NCBI GenBank assembly: GCA_019187365.1
Contig: JABARE010000046.1
Location: forward strand, 54,625 to 118,624
From: Saprospiraceae bacterium
GTDB taxonomy: Bacteria > Bacteroidota > Bacteroidia > Chitinophagales > Saprospiraceae
Length of the DNA stretch: 64,000 nt
Direction: 5' to 3'
Numbering within the stretch: position 1 is the stretch's first letter; each line of letters starts with the position of its first letter. A model generated the notes under the pieces. That model was not told the DNA's origin and did no database searches. It was given only the letters and a program-made list of their open reading frames with translations. Below, piece by piece: positions 1-8,610 of the stretch. The translations under genes and the position numbers were made by a program.

Positions 1-660
1 ATCGACCACGGCCCTTCCGTATTTTGAATAAAGAGCCTGAAGCCTGCGCTCACCAAGGGTGCATGCCCCCATTTGCGCTTTGATGTCCTCCTGCACCATT
101 TGCAGCCGGATGTTGGCAAAAATGAGATTCCAAACATCCTGTCGCAGATGTCCTGCTTCATAGATCTTCACTGCAGGAATGCGAAGGGCCTCCTGCCAAA
201 CTTCTGTAGCATTGGGGTTGTAACCTCCCTGAACGGCGCCTCCAATATCCGCCTGGTGGCCCTTTGCTGCAGACCATCCAACCAGCTCTCCGTCAAAAAA
301 GATGGGTTTGAAAATCGCCACATCGTTATTCTGGTTACCCATGCTAAAAACGTCGTTGTGGATGATGACGTCTCCTTCGCGAAGGTTGCTGCCGTACTGG
401 CGCAAGATCTCCTTGCACACGGGACCCAGGGAAAATGACAAGATGGGCAGGTTCTCCGTTTGTTCGAGCATCTGCCCTTCCGCATCGTAAAGTCCGGTGA
501 CAAAATCCTTGGCCTCGCACAAAATGGGCGAACGCGTAGTTTTGGTCAGCGATATGCTCATTTCGTCGGTGATCGCTTTGAACGCCCGCTGGAGTATGGA
601 TACCAGGATCTTATCTACGCTTTGTTCTGTTTTCATTTTCATACCATGTCTTTGAACCAT
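1..660 (-). CDS. hyuB: hydantoinase B/oxoprolinase family protein (N-terminal 220 codons; C-terminus lies beyond the window start)
   Basis: It is absent from the ORF track because it runs off the window. Translating the minus strand from ATG 658-660 gives MVQRHGMKMKTEQSVDKILVSILQRAFKAITDEMSISLTKTTRSPILCEAKDF...FANIRLQMVQEDIKAQMGACTLGERRLQALYSKYGRAVVD, with no stop seen in the stretches I translated (nt 1-120 and 481-660). The start forms an ATGA overlap with the hyuA stop at 660-662. Confidence 0.85.
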   Translation of the reverse strand, partial: MVQRHGMKMKTEQSVDKILVSILQRAFKAITDEMSISLTKTTRSPILCEAKDFVTGLYDAEGQMLEQTENLPILSFSLGPVCKEILRQYGSNLREGDVIIHNDVFSMGNQNNDVAIFKPIFFDGELVGWSAAKGHQADIGGAVQGGYNPNATEVWQEALRIPAVKIYEAGHLRQDVWNLIFANIRLQMVQEDIKAQMGACTLGERRLQALYSKYGRAVVD

Positions 661-2780
661 CAGCGCTGTCTATAGCGCTTCCGGATTTCACTTTCCCCTC
701 CGGGAAAACGCGCCCGTTCGTACACGAGGAAGGATCCGGCTGGATCAACGAGACAGTCGTAACGTTCGCTGACAAAGATGGAGGTGGTAATGCGTTCGAT
801 TACACAGGGTCCCTTCAGCAGTGTTCCTGAAAGGTAAAGGTCTCCATCGTACACTGCAATGTTGCGCATTGCCTGTAGTTCCGGAATGTACACTTCCCGG
901 TGACCTTTCAAGGCCTCAGCAGCCGACGACGGTTTGCCGGATGGTTTGGCAAACTGTGGCTTTTCGTTTTTTCCAACGACGCGCAAACGAACGTTTATTA
1001 GTTCGATTTCCGTTCCTTCGTCTTTGAGCGAATAGCCGAACTGCCTGTTATGCTCTGCGTGAAAAGCTTCGAAGATATCCGTCAATGCGAACGACTGTAC
1101 GCTTCTCCAGTCAGCCGCAAGTTGAACCTCGTGGTACTGTCCGGCGTAACGCATGTCGAGTACCGGATGAAAGCTTATTTTGGAAACGGCGACTCCTTCC
1201 TTTTTTAGCGTTGCCACCCCTTCCTTTTGCATTTCTGCAAAAAGTCCGAGGAAGTGTTTGCGGTCGAGCGAGCGGAAGGAGGCGTAACAGGACCGGATGT
1301 AGTCGTGTTTGAGGTCCCCCAGCAACATGCCTGCAGCGCAGAAAATGGACGATACAGATGGTACCAGGAATGCGGGTATTTCGAGTTCAGAACAGATCTC
1401 CGCTGCATGGACGGGCCCTGCACCTCCTGCCACGATGAATAAAAATTCACGAGGGTCGTATCCGCGTTGGACGGAAATTTGCCGCACGCCCTGAGCCATA
1501 TTGCTGTTGATGATGCGGTACATGCCTGCAGCCGTTTCGACGAGGCTCAGGCCCAGAGGTTTAGCCAGGTGTTCCCCGATGGCCGTTTGTGCAGCGGAAA
1601 CATCCAGTTTGAGGCGTCCCCCCGCAAAAAAACCGGGATCCAGATAGCCCAGCAGCAGGTCGGCATCGGTGCATGCAGGAAGACTGCCGCCGCGACCATA
1701 TGACGCCGGCCCGGGAAGTGCCCCGGCACTCTGTGGCCCCATTTGCAGCATACCCCCGTTGTTGATCCAGCCGAGACTACCGCCTCCTGCACCGATGGTG
1801 ACGATGTCGAGCGAAGGCAGGGCAATGCGGTAGCGGTTGATGCTGCCCTCAGTGCTCGTCACGCATTCGCCGCCAATGACCAGCGCGGCATCGAAACTCG
1901 TGCCTCCCATGTCGACGGTGATGCAATTTTCGTAGCCAAGCATGGTGGCATAGTAGGCTCCCGCGGTAGGCGCCGCGGCGGGGCCGGACAAAACGGTGAC
2001 CACGGGAATCCTTTTAACCACCTCCGGAGCGACAACCCCGCCATTCGACTGCATGATCAGCAGCGTGCCCCTGTATGCCACCTCAGCGAGTTTCTTCTCC
2101 AGCCGGTCTATATAGCGGGCGACAATCGGGCCGACAAACGCACTCACCACCGTAGTGCTGACGCGTTCGTAAAAACGGATGCAGGGGAGAACTTCGCAGG
2201 ATGCCGTCACAAAACAATGTTTCAGTTTTTTGCGAAGGAAAGCTGCAGCCTGCAACTCGTGAGCAGGATTTTTATAAGAGTTTATGAAACACACAGCCAC
2301 CGATTCGACCTTCTCTGCCTTCAATTGTACGGCAAGCTTCTCCAAGTCTTTGCGGTTGAGTTTTCGCACGACATTCCCTTCGGCATCCACTCTTTCGTCT
2401 ACCGGGAGCCGGAGATGCCGTGGCACCATTGGCGTGACGTTTTCGTATCGGTTATTGTACTGCTCTTCCCGGATGCCCCTGCGCATTTCGAGGGCGTCGC
2501 GAAAACCACGGGTCGTCAGCAATGCCGTCTTTGCCCCTCGAAAGGTCAGAAGGGCATTTGTCGCCACCGTGGTGCCGTGAACGATGGTGTCGATGCGTTC
2601 TACAAACTGCCTCGCAGACAAACCTGCCTTCTCAGCCAACTCGGTTAACCCGTTGATAAAACCGATCGAAGGATCTTCCGGTGTGCTCAGGGTTTTGTGC
2701 ACGTAGGTCTCACCACCGTCGCCGATGGCGATGACGTCCGTAAAAGTACCTCCGATGTCGATGCCAACTTTATAGCGCAT
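660..2780 (-). CDS. hyuA: hydantoinase A/oxoprolinase family protein
   Basis: 706-aa ORF with an ATG start. The N-terminus MRYKVGIDIGGTFTDV is the ASKHA-fold motif typical of HyuA/5-oxoprolinase A subunits. Its stop overlaps the hyuB start. Confidence 0.9.
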   Translation of the reverse strand: MRYKVGIDIGGTFTDVIAIGDGGETYVHKTLSTPEDPSIGFINGLTELAEKAGLSARQFVERIDTIVHGTTVATNALLTFRGAKTALLTTRGFRDALEMRRGIREEQYNNRYENVTPMVPRHLRLPVDERVDAEGNVVRKLNRKDLEKLAVQLKAEKVESVAVCFINSYKNPAHELQAAAFLRKKLKHCFVTASCEVLPCIRFYERVSTTVVSAFVGPIVARYIDRLEKKLAEVAYRGTLLIMQSNGGVVAPEVVKRIPVVTVLSGPAAAPTAGAYYATMLGYENCITVDMGGTSFDAALVIGGECVTSTEGSINRYRIALPSLDIVTIGAGGGSLGWINNGGMLQMGPQSAGALPGPASYGRGGSLPACTDADLLLGYLDPGFFAGGRLKLDVSAAQTAIGEHLAKPLGLSLVETAAGMYRIINSNMAQGVRQISVQRGYDPREFLFIVAGGAGPVHAAEICSELEIPAFLVPSVSSIFCAAGMLLGDLKHDYIRSCYASFRSLDRKHFLGLFAEMQKEGVATLKKEGVAVSKISFHPVLDMRYAGQYHEVQLAADWRSVQSFALTDIFEAFHAEHNRQFGYSLKDEGTEIELINVRLRVVGKNEKPQFAKPSGKPSSAAEALKGHREVYIPELQAMRNIAVYDGDLYLSGTLLKGPCVIERITTSIFVSERYDCLVDPAGSFLVYERARFPGGESEIRKRYRQR

Positions 2781-2801
2781 TACAGATTCAGGCCCTTGGA
2801 T

Positions 2802-4169
2802 TTATGCCGGGATCGGCGTATTGAGCTCACGCAGGTTTGCGTAGAGTTCGTCGTCGGTAAAGTGATGGTCGACGAGTTTGCCGCTGAAGTAGTCCTGGTA
2901 AGCGCTCATGTCAAAGTAACCGTGGCCGCAGAGGTTGAACAATATGGTTTTAGATTTGCCTTCCTCTCTGGCTCGCATGGCTTCGCGTACGACTCCGGCA
3001 ATGGCATGGGTGGCCTCCGGTGCCGGAAGGATGCCCTCGGCTCCGGCGAATTTCACTCCTGCTTCGAAGCATTCGAGCTGCTGGATGGCTTGCGCCTCGA
3101 TGAGTTTGTCTCGCAACAACTGGCTTACGATGGCCCCTGCGCCATGGTAGCGCAGTCCCCCTGCGTGGATGGGCGCCGGCAGGAAATTGTGACCCAGGGT
3201 GTACATGGGAATCAGCGGGGTCATGCCAATGGTATCGCCAAAGTCGTAACGGAATTGACCTTTGGTGAGCTTGGGACAGGAAGCCGGTTCGATGGCGATG
3301 CATCGCACATTCTTGCCGCTGCGGAAGTTGTGCCGCAAAAACGGGAAGGTGATGCCTGCAAAGTTGGAGCCCCCTCCAAACGGGGCGATGACCACATCGG
3401 GAAAATCCCCGGCCATCTCGAGTTGCTTTTCTGCTTCGAGGCCGATCACGGTTTGGTGCATCAATACGTGGTTGAGTACACTCCCCAAAGAATATTTTGT
3501 TGAGCCATCTTTTGCTGCAACTTCTACTGCTTCAGAAATAGCTATGCCCAGGCTGCCCGGAGAATTGGGATCTCCCTTCAGAATGGCTTTGCCGGCATCC
3601 GTCAGGTCGGTAGGAGATGCATGCACGGTAGCATCCCAAATGTTCATCAGCATCTTGCGGAAGGGCTTCTGCTGGTAGCTGATCTTCACCATAAACACTT
3701 CGCATTCCAGCCCGAACATCTTGCAGGCAAAACTGAGGGCACTGCCCCACTGTCCGGCACCGGTTTCGGTGCTGAGCTTGCGTACACCCTCCATTTTATT
3801 GTAATAGGCCTGTGCGAGGGCCGTATTGGGTTTGTGCGATCCCGAAGGGCTGGTCCCTTCGTATTTGTAATAGATTTTTGCGGGCGTGTCGAGCAGCTTT
3901 TCAAACTGATAGGCGCGGTAAAGCGGCGTGGGTCTCCAGATTCGATAAGCATCCCTCACTTCGTCGGGGATCTCAATCCAGGATTCTGCGGAAACCTCTT
4001 GCTTGATCAACTCCATCGGGAACAGAGGTGCGAGGTCTTCAGGACCAATGGGTTGCATCGTTCCGGGATGCAGCGGTGGCAACATGGGATTCGGCATATC
4101 GCCCATAATGTTGTACCACTGGTGTGGAATGTCTCTTTCGGTGAGCAGAATTTTCTTGGTCTTTTCCAT
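2802..4169 (-). CDS. TrpB-like pyridoxal-phosphate-dependent enzyme (tryptophan synthase beta-like, TrpB2 type)
   Basis: The ORF track opens at GTG 4178, and the first ATG is 4169 (MEKTKKILLTERDIPHQWYN). It has the GSHKPN PLP-lysine motif and a GGGSNFAG glycine loop. It lies 21 nt upstream of hyuA on the same strand. Confidence 0.88.
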   Translation of the reverse strand: MEKTKKILLTERDIPHQWYNIMGDMPNPMLPPLHPGTMQPIGPEDLAPLFPMELIKQEVSAESWIEIPDEVRDAYRIWRPTPLYRAYQFEKLLDTPAKIYYKYEGTSPSGSHKPNTALAQAYYNKMEGVRKLSTETGAGQWGSALSFACKMFGLECEVFMVKISYQQKPFRKMLMNIWDATVHASPTDLTDAGKAILKGDPNSPGSLGIAISEAVEVAAKDGSTKYSLGSVLNHVLMHQTVIGLEAEKQLEMAGDFPDVVIAPFGGGSNFAGITFPFLRHNFRSGKNVRCIAIEPASCPKLTKGQFRYDFGDTIGMTPLIPMYTLGHNFLPAPIHAGGLRYHGAGAIVSQLLRDKLIEAQAIQQLECFEAGVKFAGAEGILPAPEATHAIAGVVREAMRAREEGKSKTILFNLCGHGYFDMSAYQDYFSGKLVDHHFTDDELYANLRELNTPIPA

Positions 4170-4496
4170 GGCGGTCACTTTAATTTAGTTGTATTGAGTA
4201 ATGTAGCACTGTCTGGCCGCATGCGCAATCGTCGGCCGGCACCCTTGTGATGACTCCGCCATCAGAGTACCGCCACGAGAGGCGATGCCAATTAAAAAAT
4301 TTAGTTATTGATTTTCAATTATTTGCAAAAATCGTTACTGCTCCAGTGGCCTTATTGCGCCAATGATGGAGCGACCAAATTTAAGAGACAATTCTCTTTT
4401 ACCATAAAAAAATAACCATACACCCCGGCCCACCATTTGCCTGATGAGGAATGGCGGCAGAAGCCAGGTGAATGAAGGACGACGGGAATTACCGAC

Positions 4497-5471
4497 TTAC
4501 TTTCCCGATGTAAACTGTACAACGGCGTTGTCGACCGGGGTCAGGGTCTTCAGGTACGTGTAAATTGCTGATAGGTCCTCGTTGGTCATTCCGGCGTACA
4601 TGGTCCATGGCATGGGGGTTTGCTTTTCTCCTGCGGCTACCTGGGGGGAAACGTAAGCCGAATCCACATACTGTTTAAATCGCAGCACGAACTGCTCCTC
4701 AGACCAATTGCCGATTCCCGTAGCGTGTGGGGTAATGTTAGACGAAGTGGTTACCGAACCGTCGGGAAAATTGAAGGCAAAACCACCACCGAACTCTGGG
4801 CCTACGAACTTGCCCTTGTCCTGCCGAGTATGGCAATCGCGGCAACCCGCAGCTGTGACCAGGTAACGACCCTGTGCAACGCGGTCGGAAGCCGGAGGCA
4901 TTTTTTGAAAACTGGGTTTCTCCGGAATGGTGTGAATGATGAAGTTCATTGGAAAATCAGCCTTGGATGCGGGTGGGTCGTTTGCAACCGGCGACAGGGT
5001 CCGCAAATAAGCGATTACTGCGTGGATATCCGACTCGTCCAATTGGCCAGCATTCGGGTAGGGCATGATGGGAAACAATGGCCTTCCATCCTTTCCTACT
5101 CCCGAGGTAACCGCTCTCCAAATTTCCCCATCCGTCCAGCCACCAATGCCGTGAGGGCTGATGTTGCTGGCGACGAATCTGCCAGGAAAGCCCATGTTCT
5201 GGTCAAACACCTCCCCGCCCTGTCCGAGTGTGCCTTCGACGAGTGGACCCGAATACCGGCTCCAATCCCGCTTCGAATGGCAGTCCATGCAAACCATGAC
5301 GTGGTTGGCGAGGTATCGGCCACGCTCAACCTGCGCTTCGCTCTTATCAACGCTCAGCTCCGGGGCATCCCCCACATCGGGAAGCATGGTTTTCACATAG
5401 GTCAGCATCAGGGCAATGCCCACGACGACTACGACAAGCAGGTAGCCTGCGAACTTCAAAATTCGTTTCAT
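4497..5471 (-). CDS. membrane-anchored dihaem c-type cytochrome
   Basis: 324 aa with an N-terminal TM helix (ILKFAGYLLVVVVVGIALML) and two CxxCH haem-binding motifs (CMDCH, CRDCH). Its ATG overlaps the stop of the upstream gene (ATGA at 5468-5471). Confidence 0.85.
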   Translation of the reverse strand: MKRILKFAGYLLVVVVVGIALMLTYVKTMLPDVGDAPELSVDKSEAQVERGRYLANHVMVCMDCHSKRDWSRYSGPLVEGTLGQGGEVFDQNMGFPGRFVASNISPHGIGGWTDGEIWRAVTSGVGKDGRPLFPIMPYPNAGQLDESDIHAVIAYLRTLSPVANDPPASKADFPMNFIIHTIPEKPSFQKMPPASDRVAQGRYLVTAAGCRDCHTRQDKGKFVGPEFGGGFAFNFPDGSVTTSSNITPHATGIGNWSEEQFVLRFKQYVDSAYVSPQVAAGEKQTPMPWTMYAGMTNEDLSAIYTYLKTLTPVDNAVVQFTSGK

Positions 5472-6001
5472 GCGAGTTTGGTTTTTCGATTATCGAGATA
5501 AAAATAATAAGTCCACAACAAACCAAGCGTCTGCAATCCGATGTAGGCTATCGCATTGCTTGGGTTGTCGTGATGATAGGTCTCCTGAATGACATTTTTG
5601 TAAATAAAAAGGAAGGGTATGCCTGCGGCAGCCGTTACGATGCGCAACCACATTGGAAACAGGGCACACGTGCCGATGATGCAGAGTGCGGGAACCAGCG
5701 GAAGGGCAACGGAGGCCATCACATCCTCGTTGACGGCATTCAGGGAACTGGATGCAAAGGAGACCCCGTAAGCAATGGCCAATACGTTGAAACCGTCGGA
5801 AGAAAAAACGAAATTTCTATCGGACAGGTAGCGGGCAGACAGTACACAGGCCATGAGCGCCATGGTGTCGCCAATTTGCCAGCACATCATCTGAAGCAGA
5901 GATTCGGGAGGAAATATGCTCCCTGCAACGCCCATAATAAAGTTCAGGGCAAAACCAACGGCGACCAGGAACAAAGTCCGCTGCTTCCCTTCAAACGACA
6001 T
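5468..6001 (-). CDS. polytopic membrane protein, function unknown
   Basis: This is the hydrophobic C-terminal 177 codons of track ORF 5468..6538, starting at ATG 5999-6001 (MSFEGKQRTLFLVAVGFALNF...). The upstream part of that ORF overlaps the neighbouring gene in another frame and looks non-coding. Confidence 0.6.
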   Translation of the reverse strand: MSFEGKQRTLFLVAVGFALNFIMGVAGSIFPPESLLQMMCWQIGDTMALMACVLSARYLSDRNFVFSSDGFNVLAIAYGVSFASSSLNAVNEDVMASVALPLVPALCIIGTCALFPMWLRIVTAAAGIPFLFIYKNVIQETYHHDNPSNAIAYIGLQTLGLLWTYYFYLDNRKTKLA

Positions 6002-6015
6002 AGTATGCAGATTTC

Positions 6016-6723
6016 TTAAACAAAAACTTGCTCTTTCCTGATCAGTACCACACCTATGGCGATGGTCCAGACAGGCGCCAGCACAAGGTAGGCATTCACT
6101 GAGACATCTGCAAGCGATTTCCACTCCAGCATGTTGCCCGTAGCATCCAGCAGCGAGAAAATGCCGGTGGCGATGCCGAGCCAGGACACGATTTTCATGC
6201 GCTTCATTAGAAACAAGCTCACCGCAATCCACCATGCGGCGCCCAGCCATCCGTCGAGCATATTCCATATCCCGGTCACCACTCCCTGTGCGCTGGTCTG
6301 AAACAACAAGACGACGGAGGGCTGCAAAGAAGTCTCTGCCGTAGCATGTGCGTCGAGTAGAAAAGGCCACACCACTGCCAGGATGCAGGCACCTGCTGCA
6401 CCCATCAGAACGTAACCGGTTCCCATGAACCGGATAAGACCATTCCATGGGGTATGCCCCTCCATTTGGCGTCCCAGGAAGAAGATCAGAGGCAGCAACA
6501 ACAGGTAGTAACCGAAGACGTCGGCAATCATACTCCATCGCAACATCCCGCGATCAACCTCCTGTCCCTGAAAGACGATGGCAGGATTTGAAAAAAATTC
6601 AAAATTGAAATGGACCGACGCCGCAACCAGATAATAACTTACCAGTGCGATCAGGCCGGATGCTAATGACATCCATCCGGTAATGCGTTGCATGGATTGT
6701 TGCGGGTTTGGCCTGGTCTCCAT
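6016..6723 (-). CDS. polytopic membrane protein, function unknown
   Basis: Track ORF 6016..6819 opens at a TTG overlapping the GMC stop. The first ATG is 6723 (METRPNPQQSMQRITGWMSLASGLIALVSYYLV). It has about 6 hydrophobic helices. The start is uncertain (6819 TTG or 6723 ATG). Confidence 0.6.
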   Translation of the reverse strand: METRPNPQQSMQRITGWMSLASGLIALVSYYLVAASVHFNFEFFSNPAIVFQGQEVDRGMLRWSMIADVFGYYLLLLPLIFFLGRQMEGHTPWNGLIRFMGTGYVLMGAAGACILAVVWPFLLDAHATAETSLQPSVVLLFQTSAQGVVTGIWNMLDGWLGAAWWIAVSLFLMKRMKIVSWLGIATGIFSLLDATGNMLEWKSLADVSVNAYLVLAPVWTIAIGVVLIRKEQVFV

Positions 6724-6815
6724 AAGATGGGTTTTAACGCGAAAATAGAGGGGTTCAGGCCGGTGAAATTGGATACAGCGGACATCTAAATCAAGGACCG
6801 CTTGTAAACCCCGTT

Positions 6816-8516
6816 TCAAATGCCCTTGTCCAGTGTTCTCTCGCGCAACAAGACCTCCAGCACAGGGCCGGATGCTTGGGGATGCGGCGGGATCAGGGAC
6901 ATGGCGAATTCGCTCAATGCGGTGATGGTCAAAGAAGGATTGACGCCGGGATTTGCGGGCACGATGGAACCATCGAGCACGTAGAGACCAGGGTAACCGT
7001 GCACTTCAAATGCGTCGCTGACGACACCGCTCTTTGCATCTTCCCCCATAGGGCAGCCACCCAGCAGGTGGGCGGTGGTCGCCTTACCCAGAAAAATTTC
7101 CGTGGCGGCGTTCTGTGCCACGCCATCCACTTTTTTGGCATATGCATCCATGACGTGTTGCCCTTCCGGTATGAAAGGTCTTACCCCGGCGACCGTATGG
7201 TTGATCAACTGAAGGCGCTTTCCGAACCAGCCTGACTTCCACCTGAATTGCATCGAACCCGGAAGGTTCTGCATGACGAGCAACAAAATACTCGTTTGGG
7301 CGCGGTCGCTTTGAAACCAGCTTCTGGCCCAGCGCAACGGGTGCAGCACAATCTGCCCCGCCCAGTTGAACAGGCGCCTGGATGCCGTGCTGCCACTGGC
7401 TGCCATGGTCGCCAGGAAGAACAAGGCACCGGAGCCGTTGGGGTATTTGCACAACTCGACGCAGGTTTGCCCGTCCGGCCGATATGCGGTACTGATGGCA
7501 ATGCCGTGGTTGAGTTTGCGCTTCGCCGCCGTTACTCCGCAGATCATTTCCGAATTGGTAAGCACGTGGTCTCCAAGCCGGTCGCTGATGTCAGGCAGGG
7601 TGTTCAGAACATGTTTTTGCCGCATGAGCAGTTTTACCGTTCCCACCACACCGGCGCTGACGACGACGGCCTTGCAGTAATATTCAACTTCACCACCCTT
7701 TTTGCTGTGGTTTAGCTTACAGGCTAACACACGGTAGCCCCCTTCCGGGTTGCGAGCAATCGATTCGGCCCGGGTCTCCGGATGGATCCGTGCTCCGAAC
7801 ACCCGTTCGGCCAGCCACAGATAATTTTTGTCGAGGGTATTCTTGGCGTGGTGACGGCATCCTACCATACATCCCGCACATTGCACGCAGGCCTTGCGCA
7901 CAGGTCCCAGCCCTCCAAAATAGGGGTCGCCATCCGGTCCCTTCAGGTAAACGCCAACGGCATCCACAGGACCATAAGAGGATTCTCGTCCAGCCTCTCT
8001 TGCGATTTCCCGCAACGCAAGATCTTCGGGAAATTCCTCTTCAAATCGCTCACTGCCCAGCATGGTGCGGGCCATCCGGTAATGGGGTTCCAGCCGCGTT
8101 TTCCAGTCGCCCAGGTGCGCCCAGCAGGGGTGTTCAAAAAAACCGGCGTCAGGGGTCATGTGAGCGTTGGCATACACCAGCGATCCCCCTCCCACTCCGA
8201 CACCGCTGACCACAAAGAGATTCCGGAAAACCTGCATGCTGAGAATGCCCTTCCAGCCCAACCGGGGTAGCCATAAGTGACGCCTTAAATTCCAGTTGCA
8301 TTTAGGAAAATCTTCAGCATTCCAGCGCTTGCCCTGCTCCAGTACCACCACTTGGTAACCCTTTTCCGCAAGACGCATGGCCGCCACCGAACCACCGAAA
8401 CCCGAACCGATCACGAGGTAGTCGCAATGTACTTCTGATTGTGCCTGTTTCACTTGTTTTTGCATGCTTATCGCGCCGGGAATAAAGATAGGCAATCCGG
8501 AAAAACCCGGCTGCAT
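6816..8516 (-). CDS. GMC-family FAD-dependent oxidoreductase (cholesterol-oxidase-like)
   Basis: 566 aa with the N-terminal Rossmann motif DYLVIGSGFGGSVAAMRLAEKGYQVVVLEQG and a GMC-like C-terminal part. There is an alternative ATG at 8465. Confidence 0.85.
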   Translation of the reverse strand: MQPGFSGLPIFIPGAISMQKQVKQAQSEVHCDYLVIGSGFGGSVAAMRLAEKGYQVVVLEQGKRWNAEDFPKCNWNLRRHLWLPRLGWKGILSMQVFRNLFVVSGVGVGGGSLVYANAHMTPDAGFFEHPCWAHLGDWKTRLEPHYRMARTMLGSERFEEEFPEDLALREIAREAGRESSYGPVDAVGVYLKGPDGDPYFGGLGPVRKACVQCAGCMVGCRHHAKNTLDKNYLWLAERVFGARIHPETRAESIARNPEGGYRVLACKLNHSKKGGEVEYYCKAVVVSAGVVGTVKLLMRQKHVLNTLPDISDRLGDHVLTNSEMICGVTAAKRKLNHGIAISTAYRPDGQTCVELCKYPNGSGALFFLATMAASGSTASRRLFNWAGQIVLHPLRWARSWFQSDRAQTSILLLVMQNLPGSMQFRWKSGWFGKRLQLINHTVAGVRPFIPEGQHVMDAYAKKVDGVAQNAATEIFLGKATTAHLLGGCPMGEDAKSGVVSDAFEVHGYPGLYVLDGSIVPANPGVNPSLTITALSEFAMSLIPPHPQASGPVLEVLLRERTLDKGI

Positions 8517-8610
8517 GCGATGGCGCAGTCATAACCTCTCCACAAAACATCACCCTATTTTCGGTGAGCATAAATCTGTGAAGCCTAAAGTGCGGTGAAC
8601 GGTCCGCCAA

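Noticed and set aside
1743-2648. 301-aa ORF antisense to hyuA. The same applies to 37241..37912, 42519..43196, 44141..44722 and 54061..54672, which lie opposite the glycosyltransferase gene, gldG, the DUF4340 gene and the serA-like gene.
   Set aside because: All lie inside confidently assigned genes on the other strand and lack any motif.
4237-4258. GGCACCCTTGTGATGACTCC resembling the left TIR of the MITE family
   Set aside because: Only the 6-mer and 5-mer anchors match, and the following sequence shows no similarity to the element core. The evidence is too weak to call.
6002-6538. N-terminal 179 codons of track ORF 5468..6538
   Set aside because: This part overlaps the neighbouring membrane-protein gene in another frame and is Arg/Cys/His-rich and non-hydrophobic. 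The hydrophobic protein starts at ATG 6001.
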